Shown here: in pieces, positions 15,001 to 30,000 of the stretch
Layout of the letters: every line of letters begins with the position of its first letter
Numbering within the stretch: the stretch's first letter is position 1
Assembly (NCBI GenBank): GCA_964247055.1
Contig: OZ176057.1
Span: 4,278,001-4,342,000, forward strand
Origin: Paragordius varius
Taxonomy: Eukaryota; Animalia; Nematomorpha
Length of the DNA stretch: 64,000 bases
Reading direction: 5' to 3'
Notes under the pieces: generated by a model
The model's database searches: none
What the model saw: only the letters and a program-made list of their open reading frames with translations
What the model was told of the DNA's origin: nothing
Program-made: the position numbers and the translations under genes

Positions 15001-18000
15001 GAAACATTTAAAAGTTTTTGGGCAACATATTTTGATTGTTGGAAAAATTTGATTGTTGAAAATATATGTTTCATTGTTGGAAACATTAAAAAGGTTTTGC
15101 GCAACATATTTTGATTGTTGGAAAAATTATTTGATTGTTGAATATATATGTTTGATTGTTGGAAACATTAAAAAGTTATTGGGCATCATATTTTGATTGT
15201 TGGAAAAATTATTTGATTGTTGAATATATATGTTTGATTGTTGGAAACATTAAAAAGTTATTGGGCAACATATTTTGATTGTTGGAAAAATTATTTGATT
15301 GTTGAATATATATGTTTGATTGTTGGAAACATCTAAAAGTTTTTGGGCAACATATTTTGATTGTTGGAAAAATGTTTTGATTGTTGAAAATATATGTTGA
15401 TTGTTGGAAACATTTAAAAGTTTTTGGGCAACATATTTTGATTGTTGGAAAAATGTTTTGATTGTTGAAAATATAAGTTTGATTGTTGGAAACATTTAAA
15501 AGTTTTTGGGCAACATATTTTGATTGTTGGAAAAATGTTTTGATTGTTGAAAATATATGTTTGATTGTTGGAAACATTTAAAAGTTTTTGGGCAACATAT
15601 TTTGATTGTTGGAAAAATTATTTGATTGTTGAATATATATGTTTGATTGTTGGAAACATTAAAAAGTTATTGGGCAACATATTTTGATTGTTGGAAAAAT
15701 TATTTGATTGTTGAATATATATGTTTGATTGTTGGAAACATTTAAAAGTTTTTGGGCAACATATTTTGATTGTTGGAAAAATTATTTGATTGTTGAAAAT
15801 ATATGTTTGATTGCTGGAAACATTTAAAAGTTTTTGGGCAACATATTTTGATTGTTGGAAAAATTTGATTGTTGAAAATATATGTTTCATTGTTGGAAAC
15901 ACTAAAAAGGTTTTGCGCAACATATTTTGATTGTTGGAAAAATTATTTGATTGTTGAATATATATGTTTGATTGTTGGAAACATCTAAAAGTTTTTGGGC
16001 AACATATTTTGATTGTTGGAAAAATTATTTGATTGTTGAATATATATGTTTGATTGTTGGAAACATTACAAAGTTATTGGGCAACATATTTTGATTGTTG
16101 GAAAAATTATTTGATTGTTGAATATATATGTTTGATTGTTGGAAACATCTAAAAGTTTTTGGGCAACATATTTTGATTGTTGGAAAAATTATTTGATTGT
16201 TGAAAATATATGTTTGATTGCTGGAAACATTTAAAAGTTTTTGGGCAAAATATTTTGATTGTTGGAAAAATTTGATTGTTGAAAATATATGTTTTATTGT
16301 TGGAAACATTAAAAAGGTTTTGCGCAACATATTTTGATTGTTGGAAAAATTATTTGATTGTTGAAAATATATGTTTGATTGTTGGAAACATTTAAAATTT
16401 GGTCAACATATTTTGATTGTTGTAAAAAATATTTGATTGTTGAAAATATATGTTTCATTGTTGGAAACATTAAAAAGGTTTTGCGCAACATATTTTGATT
16501 GTTGGAAAAATTATTTGATTGTTGAATATATATGTTTGATTGTTGGAAACATTAAAAAGTTATTGGGCAACATATTTTGATTGTTGGAAAAATGTTTTGA
16601 TTGTTGAAAATATATGTTTGATTGCTGGATACATTTAAAAGTTATTGGGCAACATATTTTGTTTGTTGGAAAAATTATTTGATTGTTGAATATATATGTT
16701 TGATTGTTGGAAACATTTGAAAGTTTTTGGGCAACATATTTTGATTGTTGGAAAAATGTTTTGATTGTTGAATATATATGTTTGATTGTTGGAAACATTT
16801 AAAAGTTTTTGGGCAACATATTTTGATTGTTGGAAAAATTATTTGATTGTTGAAAATATATGTTTGATTGCTGGAAACATTAAAAAGGTTTTGCGCAACA
16901 TATTTTGATTGTTGGAAAAATTATTTGATTGTTGAATATATATGTTTGATTGTTGTAAACATTAAAAAGTTATTGGGCAATATATTTTGATTGTTGGAAA
17001 AATGTTTTGATTGTTGAAAATATATGTTTGATTGTTGGAAACATTTAAAAGTTTTTGGGCAACATATTTTGATTGTTGGAAAAATGTTTTGATTGTTGAA
17101 TATATATGTTTGATTGTTGGAAACATTTGAAAGTTTTTGGGCAACATATTTTGATTGTTGTAAAAAATATTTGATTGTTGAAAATATATGTTTCATTGTT
17201 GGAAACATTAAAAAGGTTTTGCGCAACATATTTTGATTGTTGGAAAAATTATTTGATTGTTGAATATATATGTTTGATTGTTGTAAACATTAAAAAGTTA
17301 TTGGGCAATATATTTTGATTGTTGGAAAAATGTTTTGATTGTTGAAAATATATGTTTGATTGTTGGAAACATTTAAAAGTTTTTGGGCAACATATTTTGA
17401 TTGTTGGAAAAATGTTTTGATTGTTGAAAATATATGTTTGATTGTTGGAAACATTTAAAAGTTTTTGGGCAACATATTTTGATTGTTGGAAAAATGTTTT
17501 GATTGTTGAAAATATATGTTTGATTGTTGGAAACATTTAAAAGTTTTTGGGCAACATATTTTGATTGTTGGAAAAATTATTTGATTGTTGAAAATATATG
17601 TTTGATTGCTGGAAACATTTAAAGTTTTTGGGCAACATATTTTGATTGTTGGAAAAATTTGATTGTTGAAAATATATGTTTCATTGTTGGAAACATTAAA
17701 AAGGTTTTGCGCAACATATTTTGATTGTTGCAAAAATTATTTGATTGTTGAAAATATATGTTTGATTGTTGGAAACATTTAAAATTTGGTCAACATATTT
17801 TGATTGTTGTAAAAAATATTTGATTGTTGAAAATATATGTTTCATTGTTGGAAACATTAAAAAGGTTTTGCGCAACATATTTTGATTGTTGGAAAAATTA
17901 TTTGATTGTTGAATATATATGTTTGATTGTTGGAAACATTAAAAAGTTATTGGGCAACATATTTTGATTGTTGGAAAAATTTTTGATTGTTGAAAATATA

Positions 18001-21000
18001 TTTTTGATTGCTGGATACATTTAGTTATTGGACAACATATTTTGTTTGTTGGAAAAATTATTTGATTGTTGAATATATATGTTTGATTGCTGGAAACATT
18101 TAAAAGTTTTTGGGCAACATATTTTGATTGTTTGAAAAATTATTTGATTGTTGAATATATATGTTTGATTGTTGGAAACATTAAAAAGTTATTGGGAACA
18201 TATTTTGATTGTTGGAAAAATGTTTTGATTGTTGAAAATATATGTTTGATTGCTGGATACATTTAAATGTTTTTAGGCAACATATTTTGATTGTTGGAAA
18301 AATGTTTTGATTGTTGAAAATATATGTTTGATTGTTGGAAACATTTAAAAGTTTTTGCGCAACATATTTTGATTGTTTGAAAAATTATTTGATTGTTGAA
18401 AATATATGTTTAATTGCTGGAAACATTCAAAAGTTTTTGGGCAACATATTTTGATTGTTGGAAAAATTATTTGATTGTTGAATATATATGTTTGATTGTT
18501 GGAAACAATAAAAAGTTATTGGGCAACATATTTTGATTGTTGGAAAAATTATTTGATTGTTGAATATATATGTTTGATTGTTGGAAACATTTAAAAGTTT
18601 TTGGGCAACATATTTTGATTGTTGGAAAAATTATTTGATTGTTGAAAATATATGTTTGATTACTGGAAACATTTAAAAGTTATTGGGCAACATATTTTGA
18701 TTGTTGGAAAAATTATTTGATTGTTGAAAATATATGTTTGATTGCTGGAAACATTTAAAAGTTTTTGGGCAACATATTTTGATTGTTGGAAAAATTATTT
18801 GATTGTTGAAAATATATGTTTGATTGCTGGAAACATTTAAAAGTTTTTGGGCAACATATTTTGATTGTTGGAAAAATTATTTGATTGTTGAATATATATG
18901 TTTGATTGTTGGAAACATTAATAAGTTATTGGGCAACATATTTTGATTGTTGGAAAAATTATTTGATTGTTGAATATATATGTTTGATTGTTGGAAACAT
19001 TAAAAAGTTATTGGGCAACATATTTTGATTGTTGGAAAAATTATTTGATTGTTGAATTATATGTTTGATTGTTGGAAACATTAAAAAGTTATTGGGCAAC
19101 ATATTTTGATTGTTGGAAAAATTATTTGATTGTTGAATATATATGTTTGATTGTTGGAAACATCTAAAAGTTATTGGGCAACATATTTTGTCTGTTGGAA
19201 AAGTTATTTGATTGTTGAATATATATGTTTAATTGTTGGAAACATTTGAAAGTTTTTGGGCAACATATTTTGATTGTTGGAAAAATGTTTTGATTGTTGA
19301 ATATATATGTTTGATTGTTGGAAACATTTAAAAGTTTTTGGGCAACATATTTTGATTGTTGGAAAAATTATTTGATTGTTGATTATATATGTTTGATTGT
19401 TGGAAACATTAAAAAGTTATTGGGCAATATATTTTGATTGTTGGAAAAATGTTTTGATTGTTGAAAATATATGTTTGATTGTTGGAAACATTTAAAAGTT
19501 TTTGGGCAACATATTTTGATTGTTGGAAAAATGTTTTGATTGTTGAAAATATATGTTTGATTGTTGGAAACATTTAAATGTTTTTGGGCAACATATTTTG
19601 ATTGTTGGAAAAATGTTTTGATTGTTGAAAATATATGTTTCATTGTTGGAAACATTAAAAAGGTTGGGCGCAACATATTTTGATTGTTGGAAAAATGATT
19701 TGATATTTGAAAATATATGTTTGATTGTTGGAAACATTAAAAAGTTATTGGGCAACATATTTTGATTGTTGGAAAAATGTTTTGATTGTTGAAAATATAT
19801 GTTTGATTGTTGGAAACATTAAAAAGTTATTGGGCAACATATTTTGATTGTTGGAAAAATGTTTTGATTGTTGAAAATATATGTTTGATTGTTGGAAACA
19901 TTTAAAAGTTTTTGGGCAACATATTTTGATTGTTGGAAAAATTATTTGATTGTTGAAAATATATGTTTGATTACTGGAAACATTTAAAAGTTATTGGGCA
20001 ACATATTTTGATTGTTGGAGAAATTATTTGATTGTTGAATATATATGTTTGTATGTTGGAAACATTAAAAAGTTATTGGGCAATATATTTTGATTGTTGG
20101 AAAAATGTTTTGATTGTTGAAAATATATGTTTGATTGTTGGAAACATTTAATTTTGGGCAACATATTTTGATTGTTGGAAAAATGTTTTGATTGTTGAAA
20201 ATATATTTTGATTGCTGGAAATATTTAAAAGTTTACGCAACATATTTTGATTGTTGGAAAAATTATTTGATTGTTGAAAATATATGTTTGATTGCCTGAA
20301 ACATTTAAAAGTTATTGGGCAACATATTTTGATTGTTGGAAAAATTATTTGATTGTTGAAAATATATGTTTGATTGTTGGAAACAAAAACAAGTTTTTGG
20401 GCAACATATTTTGATTGTTGGAAAAATGTTTTGATTGTTGAAAATATATTGGAAACATTTAAAAATTTTGGGCAACATATTTTGATTGTTGGAAAAATTT
20501 GATTGTTGAAAATATATGTTTCATTGTTGAAACATAAAAAAGGTTTTGCGCAGCATATTTTGATTGTTGGAAAAATTATTTGATTGTTGAAAATATATGT
20601 TGGATTGTTGGAAACATTTAAAAGTTTTGGGCAACATATTTTGATTGTTGTAAAAACTATTTGATTTGAAAATATATTTTTGATTGTTGGAAACATTAAA
20701 AAGTTATTGGGCAACATATTTTGATTGTTGGAAAAATGTTTTGATTGTTAAAAATATATGTTTGATTGCTGGAAACATTTAAAAGTTTTTGGGCAACATA
20801 TTTTGATTGTTGGAAAAATTATTTGATTGTTGAAAATATATATTTGATTGTTGGAAAGATTATAAATTTATTGGGCAACATATTTTGATTGTTGGAAAAA
20901 TGTTTTGATTGTTGAAAATATATGTTTGATTGTTGGAAACATTTAAAAGTTTTGCGCAACATATTTTGATTGTTTGAAAAATTATTTGATTGTTGAAAAT

Positions 21001-24000
21001 ATATGTTAGATTGCTGGAAACATTTAAAAGTTTTTGGGCAACATATTTTGAGTGTTGGAAAAATTATTTGATTGTTGAAAATATATGTTTGATTGCTGGA
21101 AACATTTAAAAGTTTTTGGGCAACATATTTTGATTGTTGGAAAAATTATTTGATTGTTGAATATATATGTTTGATTGTTGGAAACATTAAAATTTTGAAG
21201 CAACATATTTTGATTGTTGTAAAAATTTGATTGTTGAAAATATATGTTTCATTGTTGGAAACATTAAAAAGGTTTTGCGCAACATATTTTGATTGTTGGA
21301 AAAATTATTTGATTGTTGAAAATATATGTTTGATTGCTGGAAACATTTAAAAGTTTTGGGCAACATATTTTGATTGTTGTAAAAACTATTTGATTTGAAA
21401 ATATATTTTTGATTGTTGGAAACATTAAAAAGTTATTGGGCAACATATTTTGATTGTTGGAAAAATTATTTGATTGTTGAAAATATATGTTTGATTGTTG
21501 GAAACATTAAAAATTTATTGGGCAACATATTTTGATTGTTGGAAAAATGTTTTGATTGTTGAAAATATATTTTGATTGCTGGAAATATTTAAAAGTTTAC
21601 GCAACATATTTTGATTGTTGGAAAAATTATTTGATTGTTGAAAATATATGTTTGATTGCCTGAAACATTTAAAAGTTATTGGGCAACATATTTTGATTGT
21701 TGGAAAAATTATTTGATTGTTGAAAATATATGATTGTTGGAAACAAAAACAAGTTTTTGGGCAACATATTTTGATTGTTGGAAAAATGTTTTGATTGTTG
21801 AAAATATATTGGAAACATTTAAAAATTTTGGGCAACATATTTTGATTGTTGGAAAAATTTGATTGTTGTAAATATATGTTTCATTGTTGGAAACATTAAA
21901 AAGGTTGGGCGCAACATATTTTGATTGTTGGAAAAATTATTTGATTGTTGAAAATATATGTTTGATTGTTGGAAACATTTAAAAGTTTTGGGCAACATAT
22001 TTTGATTGTTGTAAAAAATATTTGATTGTTGTAAATATATGTTTGATTGTTGGAAACATTAAAAAGTTATTGGGCAACATATTTTGATTGTTGGAAAAAT
22101 GTTTTGATTGTTGAAAATATATGTTTGATTGTTGGAAACATTAAAAAGTTATTGGGCAACATATTTTGATTGTTGGAAAAATGTTTTGATTGTTGAAAAT
22201 ATATGTTTGATTGTTGGAAACATTTAAAAGTTTTGGGCAACATATTTTGATTGGTGGAAAAATTATTTGATTGTTGAAAATATATGTTTGATTGTTTTAA
22301 ACAAAAACAAGTTTTTGGGCAACATATTTTGATTGTTGAAAAAATGTTTTGATTGTTGAAAATATTATATTGGAAACATTTAAAAATTTTGGGCAACATA
22401 TTTTGATTGTTGGAAAAATTTGATTGTTTAAAATATATGTTTCATTGTTGGAAACATTAAAAAGGTTTTGCGCAACATATTTTGATTGTTGGAAAAATTA
22501 TTTGATTGTTGAAAATATATGTTTGATTGCTGGAAACATTTAAAAGTTTTTGGGCAACATATTTTGATTGTTGGAAAAATTATTTGATTGTTGAATATAT
22601 ATGTTTGATTGTTGGAAACATTAAAAAGTTATTGGGCAACATATTTTGATTGTTAGAAAAATTATTTGATTGTTGAATATTTATGTTTGATTGTTGGAAA
22701 CATTAAAAAGTTATTGGGCAACATATTTTGATTGTTTGAAAAATTATTTGATTGTTGAAAATATATGTTTGATTGCTGGAAACATTTAAAAGTTTTTGGG
22801 CAACATATTTTGATTGTTGGAAAAATTATTTGATTGTTGAATATATATGTTTGATTGTTGGAAACATTAAAAAGTTATTGGGCAACATATTTTGATTGTT
22901 GGAAAAATTATTTGATTGTTGAAAATATATGTTTGATTGTTGGAAACATTAAAAAGTTATTGGGCAACATATTTTGATTGTTGGAAAAATGTTTTGATTG
23001 TTGAAAATATATGTTTGATTGTTGGAAACATTTAAAAGTTTTGGGCAACATATTTTGATTGTTGGAAAAATTATTTGATTGTTGAAAATATATGTTTGAT
23101 TGTTTTAAACAAAAACAAGTTTTTGGGCAACATATTTTGATTGTTGAAAAAATGTTTTGATTGTTGAAAATATTATATTGGAAACATTTAAAAATTTTGG
23201 GCAACATATTTTGATTGTTGGAAAAATTTGATTGTTTAAAATATATGTTTCATTGTTGGAAACATTAAAAAGGTTTTGCGCAACATATTTTGATTGTTGG
23301 AAAAATTATTTGATTGTTGAAAATATATGTTTGATTGCTGGAAACATTTAAAAGTTTTTGGGCAACATATTTTGATTGTTGGAAAAATTATTTGATTGTT
23401 GAATATATATGTTTGATTGTTGGAAACATTAAAAAGTTATTGGGCAACATATTTTGATTGTTAGAAAAATTATTTGATTGTTGAATATTTATGTTTGATT
23501 GTTGGAAACATTAAAAAGTTATTGGGCAACATATTTTGATTGTTAGAAAAATTATTTGATTGTTGAATATTTATGTTTGATTGTTGGAAACATTAAAAAG
23601 TTATTGGGCAACATATTTTGATTGTTAGAAAAATTATTTGATTGTTGAATATTTATGTTTGATTGTTGGAAACATTAAAAAGTTATTGGGCAACATATTT
23701 TGATTGTTTGAAAAATTATTTGATTGTTGAAAATATATGTTTGATTGCTGGAAACATTTAAAAGTTTTTGGGCAACATATTTTGATTGTTGGAAAAATTA
23801 TTTGATTGTTGAATATATATGTTTGATTGTTGGAAACATTAAAAAGTTATTGGGCAACATATTTTGATTGTTGGAAAAATTATTTGATTGTTGAATATAT
23901 ATGTTTGATTGTTGGAAACATTTAAAAGTTTTTGGGCAACATATTTTGATTGTTGGAAAAATTATTTGATTGTTGAAAATATATGTTTGATTGCTGGAAA

Positions 24001-27000
24001 CATTTAAAAGTTTTTGGGCAACATATTTTGATTGTTGGAAAAATTTGATTGTTGAAAATATATGTTTCATTGTTGGAAACATTAAAAAGGTTTTGCGCAA
24101 CATATTTTGATTGTTGGAAAAATTATTTGATTGTTGAAAATATATGTTTGATTGTTGGAAACATTTAAAATTTGGTCAACATATTTTGATTGTTGTAAAA
24201 AATATTTGATTGTTGAAAATATATATTTCATTGTTGGAAACATTAAAAAGGTTTTGCGCAACATATTTTGATTGTTTGAAAAATTATTTGATTGTTGAAA
24301 ATATATGTTTGATTGCTGGAAACATTTAAAAGTTTTTGGGCAACATATTTTGATTGTTGGAAAAATTATTTGATTGTTGAATATATATGTTTGATTGTTG
24401 GAAACATTAAAAAGTTATTGGGAACATATTTTGATTGTTGGAAAAATGTTTTGATTGTTGAAAATATATGTTTGATTGCTGGATACATTTAAAAGTTATT
24501 GGGCAACATATTTTGTCTGTTGGAAAAATTATTTGATTGTTGAATATATATGTTTGATTGTTGGAAACATTTGAAAGTTTTTGGGCAACATATTTTGATT
24601 GTTGGAAAAATGTTTTGATTGTTGAATATATATGTTTGATTGTTGGAAACATTTAAAAGTTTTTGGGCAACATATTTTGATTGTTGGAAAAATTATTTGA
24701 TTGTTGATTATATATGTTTGATTGTTGGAAACATTAAAAAGTTATTGGGCAATATATTTTGATTGTTGGAAAAATGTTTTGATTGTTGAAAATATATGTT
24801 TGATTGTAGGAAACATTTAAAAGTTTTTGGGCAACATATTTTGATTGTTGGAAAAATGTTTTGATTGTTGAAAATATATGTTTGATTGTTGGAAACATTT
24901 AAATGTTTTTGGGCAACATATTTTGATTGTTGGAAAAATGTTTTGATTGTTGAAAATATATGTTTGATTGTTGGAAACATTTAAAAGTTTTTGCGCAACA
25001 TATTTTGATTGTTTGAAAAATTATTTGATTGTTGAAAATATATGTTTAATTGCTGGAAACATTTAAAAGTTTTTGGGCAACATATTTTGATTGTTGGAAA
25101 AATTATTTGATTGTTGAATATATATGTTTGATTGTTGGAAACAATAAAAAGTTATTGGGCAACATATTTTGATTGTTGGAAAAATTATTTGATTGTTGAA
25201 TATATATGTTTGATTGTTGGAAACATTTAAAAGTTTTTGGGCAACATATTTTGATTGTTGGAAAAATTATTTGATTGTTGAAAATATATGTTTGATTGTT
25301 GGAAACAAAAACAAGTTTTTGGGCAACATATTTTGATTGTTGGAAAAATGTTTTGATTGTTGAAAATATATTGGAAACATTTAAAAATTTTGGGCAACAT
25401 ATTTTGATTGTTGGAAAAATTTGATTGTTGAAAATATATGTTTCATTGTTGAAACATAAAAAAGGTTTTGCGCAGCATATTTTGATTGTTGGAAAAATTA
25501 TTTGATTGTTGAAAATATATGTTTGATTGTTGGAAACATTTAAAAGTTTTGGGCAACATATTTTGATTGTTGTAAAAACTATTTGATTTGAAAATATATT
25601 TTTGATTGTTGGAAACATTAAAAAGTTATTGGGCAACATATTTTGATTGTTGGAAAAATGTTTTGATTGTTAAAAATATATGTTTGATTGCTGGAAACAT
25701 TTAAAAGTTTTTGGGCAACATATTTTGATTGTTGGAAAAATTATTTGATTGTTGAAAATATATGTTTGATTGTTGGAAAGATTAAAAATTTATTGGGCAA
25801 CATATTTTGATTGTTGGAAAAATGTTTTGATTGTTGAAAATATATGTTTGATTGTTGGAAACATTTGAAAGTTTTGCGCAACATATTTTGATTGTTTGAA
25901 AAATTATTTGATTGTTGAAAATATATGTTTCATTGTTGGAAACATTAAAAAGGTTTTGCGCAACATATTTTGATTGTTGGAAAAATTATTTGATTGTTGA
26001 AAATATATGTTTGATTGTTGGAAACATTTAAAAGTTTTGGGCAACATATTTTGATTGTTGTAAAAACTATTTGATTTGAAAATATATTTTTGATTGTTGG
26101 AAACATTAAAAAGTTTTGGGCAACATATTTTGATTGTTGTAAAAACTATTTGATTTGAAAATATATTTTTGATTGTTGGAAACATTAAAAAGTTATTGGG
26201 CAACATATTTTGATTGTTGGAAAAATTATTTGATTAAAATATATGTTTGATTGTTGGAAACATTAAAAATTTATTGGGCAACATATTTTGATTGTTGGAA
26301 AAATGTTTTGATTGTTGAAAATATATTTTGATTGCTGGAAATATTTAAAAGTTTACGCAACATATTTTGATTGTTGGAAAAATTATTTGATTGTTGAAAA
26401 TATATGTTTGATTGTTTTAAACAAAAACAAGTTTTTGGGCAACATATTTTGATTGTTGAAAAAATGTTTTGATTGTTGAAAATATTATATTGGAAACATT
26501 TAAAAATTTTGGGCAACATATTTTGATTGTTGGAAAAATATGATTGTTTAAAATATATGTTTCATTGTTGGAAACATTAAAAAGGTTTTGCGCAACATAT
26601 TTTGATTGTTGGAAAAATTATTTGATTGTTGAAAATATATGTTTGAAAATTGGAAACATTTAAAAGTTTTGGGAAACATATTTTGTGGTGTAAAAAATAT
26701 TTGATTGTTGAAAATATATGTTTCATTACATTAAAAAGGCTTTGCGCAACATATTTTGATTGTTTGAAAAATTATTTGATTGTTAAAAATATATGTTTGA
26801 TTGCTGGAAACATTTAAAAGTTTTTGGGCAACATATTTTGATTGTTGGAAAAAATATTTGATTGTTGAAAATATATGTTTGATTGTTGGAAACATTAAAA
26901 AGTTATTGGGCAACATATTTTGATTGTTGGAAAAATGTTTTGATTGTTGAAAATATATGTTTGATTGTTGGAAAGATTAAAAATTTATTGGGCAACATAT

Positions 27001-30000
27001 TTTGATTGTTGGAAAAATGTTTTGATTGTTGAAAATATATGTTTGATTGTTGGAAACGAAAACAAGTTTTTGGGCAACATATTTTGATTGTTGGAAAAAT
27101 GTTTTGATTGTTGAAAATATATTGGAAACATTTAAAAATTTTGGGCAACATATTTTGATTGTTGGAAAAATTTGATTGTTGAAAATATATGTTTCATTGT
27201 TGAAACATAAAAAAGGTTTTGCGCAGCATATTTTGATTGTTGGAAAAATTATTTGATTGTTGAAAATATATGTTTGATTGTTGAAAACATTTAAAAGTTT
27301 TGGGCAACATATTTTGATTGTTGTAAAAACTATTTGATTTGAAAATATATTTTTGATTGTTAAAAACATTAAAAAGTTATTGGGCAACATATTTTGATTG
27401 TTGGAAAAATGTTTTAATTGTTAAAAATATATGTTTGATTGCTGGAAACATTTAAAAGTTTTTGGGCAACATATTTTGATTGTTGGAAAAATTATTTGAT
27501 TGTTGAAAATATATGTTTGATTGTTGGAAAGATTAAATTTATTGGGCAACATATTTTGATTGTTGGAAAAATGTTTTGATTGTTGAAAATATATGTTTGA
27601 TTGTTGGAAACATTTAAAAGTTTTGCGCAACATATTTTGATTGTTTGAAAAATTATTTGATTGTTGAAAATATATGTTTGATTGCCTGAAACATTTATAA
27701 GTTATTGGGCAACATATTTTGATTGTTGGAAAAATTATTTGATTGTTGAAAATATATGTTTGATTGTTGGAAACAAAAACAAGTTTTTGGGCAACATATT
27801 TTGATTGTTGGAAAAATGTTTTGATTGTTGAAAATATATTGGAAACATTTAAAAATTTTGGGCAACATATTTTGATTGTTGGAAAAATTTGATTGTTGAA
27901 AAAATATATGTTTCATTGTTGGAAACATTAAAAAGGTTGGGCGCAACATATTTTGATTGTTGGAAAAATTATTTGATTGTTGAAAATATATGTTTGATTG
28001 TTGGAAACATTTAAAAGTTTTGGGCAACATATTTTGATTGTTGTAAAAAATATTTGATTGTTGAAAATATATGTTTGATTGTTGGAAACATTAAAAAGTT
28101 ATTGGGCAACATATTTTGATTGTTGGAAAAATGTTTTGATTGTTGAAAATATATGTTTGATTGTTGGAAACATTAAAAAGTTATTGGGCAACATATTTTG
28201 ATTGTTGGAAAAATGTTTTGATTGTTGAAAATATATGTTTCATTACATTAAAAAGGCTTTGCGCAACATATTTTGATTGTTTGAAAAATTATTTGATTAT
28301 TAAAAATATATGTTTGATTGCTGGAAACATTTAAAAGTTTTTGGGCAACATATTTTGATTGTTGGAAAAATTATTTGATTGTTGAAAATATATGTTTGAT
28401 TGTTGGAAACATTAAAAAGTTATTGGGCAACATATTTTGATTGTTGGAAAAATGTTTTGATTGTTGAAAATATATGTTTGATTGTTGGAAAGATTAAAAA
28501 TTTATTGGGCAACATATTTTGATTGTTGGAAAAATGTTTTGATTGTTGAAAATATATGTTTGATTGTTGGAAACATTTAAAAGTTTTGGGCAACATATTT
28601 TGATTGTTGTAAAAAATATTTGATTATTGAAAATATATGTTTTATTGTTGGAAACATTAAAAAGGTTTTGCGCAACATATTTTGATTGTTTAGAAAATTA
28701 TTTGATTGTTGAAAATATATGTTTGATTGCTGAAAACATTTAAAAGTTTTTGGGCAACATATTTTGATTGTTGGAAATATTATTTGATTGTTGAAAATAT
28801 ATGTTTGATTGTTGGAAACATTAAAAAGTTATTGGGCAACATATTTTGATTGTTGGAAAAATGTTTTGATTGTTGAAAATATATGTTTCATTACATTAAA
28901 AAGGTTTTGCGCAACATATTTTGATTGTTTGAAAAATTATTTGATTGTTGAAAATATATGTTTGATTGCTGGAAACATTTAAAAGTTTTTGGGGAACATA
29001 TTTTGATTGTTAAAATTATTTGATTGTTGAAAATATATGTTTGATTGTTGGAAACATTAAAAAGTTATTGGGCAACATATTTTGATTGTTGGAAAAATGT
29101 TTTGATTGTTGAAAATATATGTTTGATTGTTGGAAACATTAAAAAGTTATTGGGCAACATATTTTGATTGTTGGGAAAATGTTTTGATTGTTGAAAATAT
29201 ATGTTTGATTGTTGGAAACATTACATATTGGGCAACATATTTTGATTTTTGGAAAAATGTTTTGATTGTTGAAAATATATGTTTGATTGTTGGAAACATT
29301 TAAAAGTTTTGGGCAACATATTTTGATTGTTGTAAAAAATATTTGATAGTTGAAAATATATGTTTCATTGTTGGAAACATTAAAAAGTTTTTGGGCATCA
29401 TATTTTGATTGTTTGAAAAATTATTTGATTGTTGAAAATATATGTTTGATTGCTGGAAACATTTAAAAGTTTTTGTGCAACATATTTTGATTGTTGGAAA
29501 AATATTTGATTGTTGAAAATATATGTTTGATTGTCGGAAACATTAAAAAGTTTAGACAACATATTTTGATTGTTGAAAACATTATTTGATTGTTAATAAT
29601 ATATGTTTGATTGTTGGAAACATTAAAAAGTTATTGGGCAACATATTTTGATTGTTGAAAAAATATTTGATTGTTGAAAATATATGTTTGATTGTTGGAA
29701 GCATTAAGTTTAGGCAACATATTTTGATTGTTGGAAAAATTATTTGATTGTTGAAAATATATGTTTGATTGTTGGAAAGATTAAAAAGTTTAGACAACAT
29801 ATTTTGATTGTTGGAAAAATGTTTTGATTGTTGAAAATATATGTTTGATTGTTGAACATTAAAAAGTTTTGGGCAACATATTTTGATTGTTAGAAAAAAT
29901 ATTTAATTGTGTTGGAAACATTAAAAAATTTTGGGCAACATATTTTGATTGTTGGAAAAAATATTTGAATGTTGAAAATATATGTTTGATTGTTGGAAAC

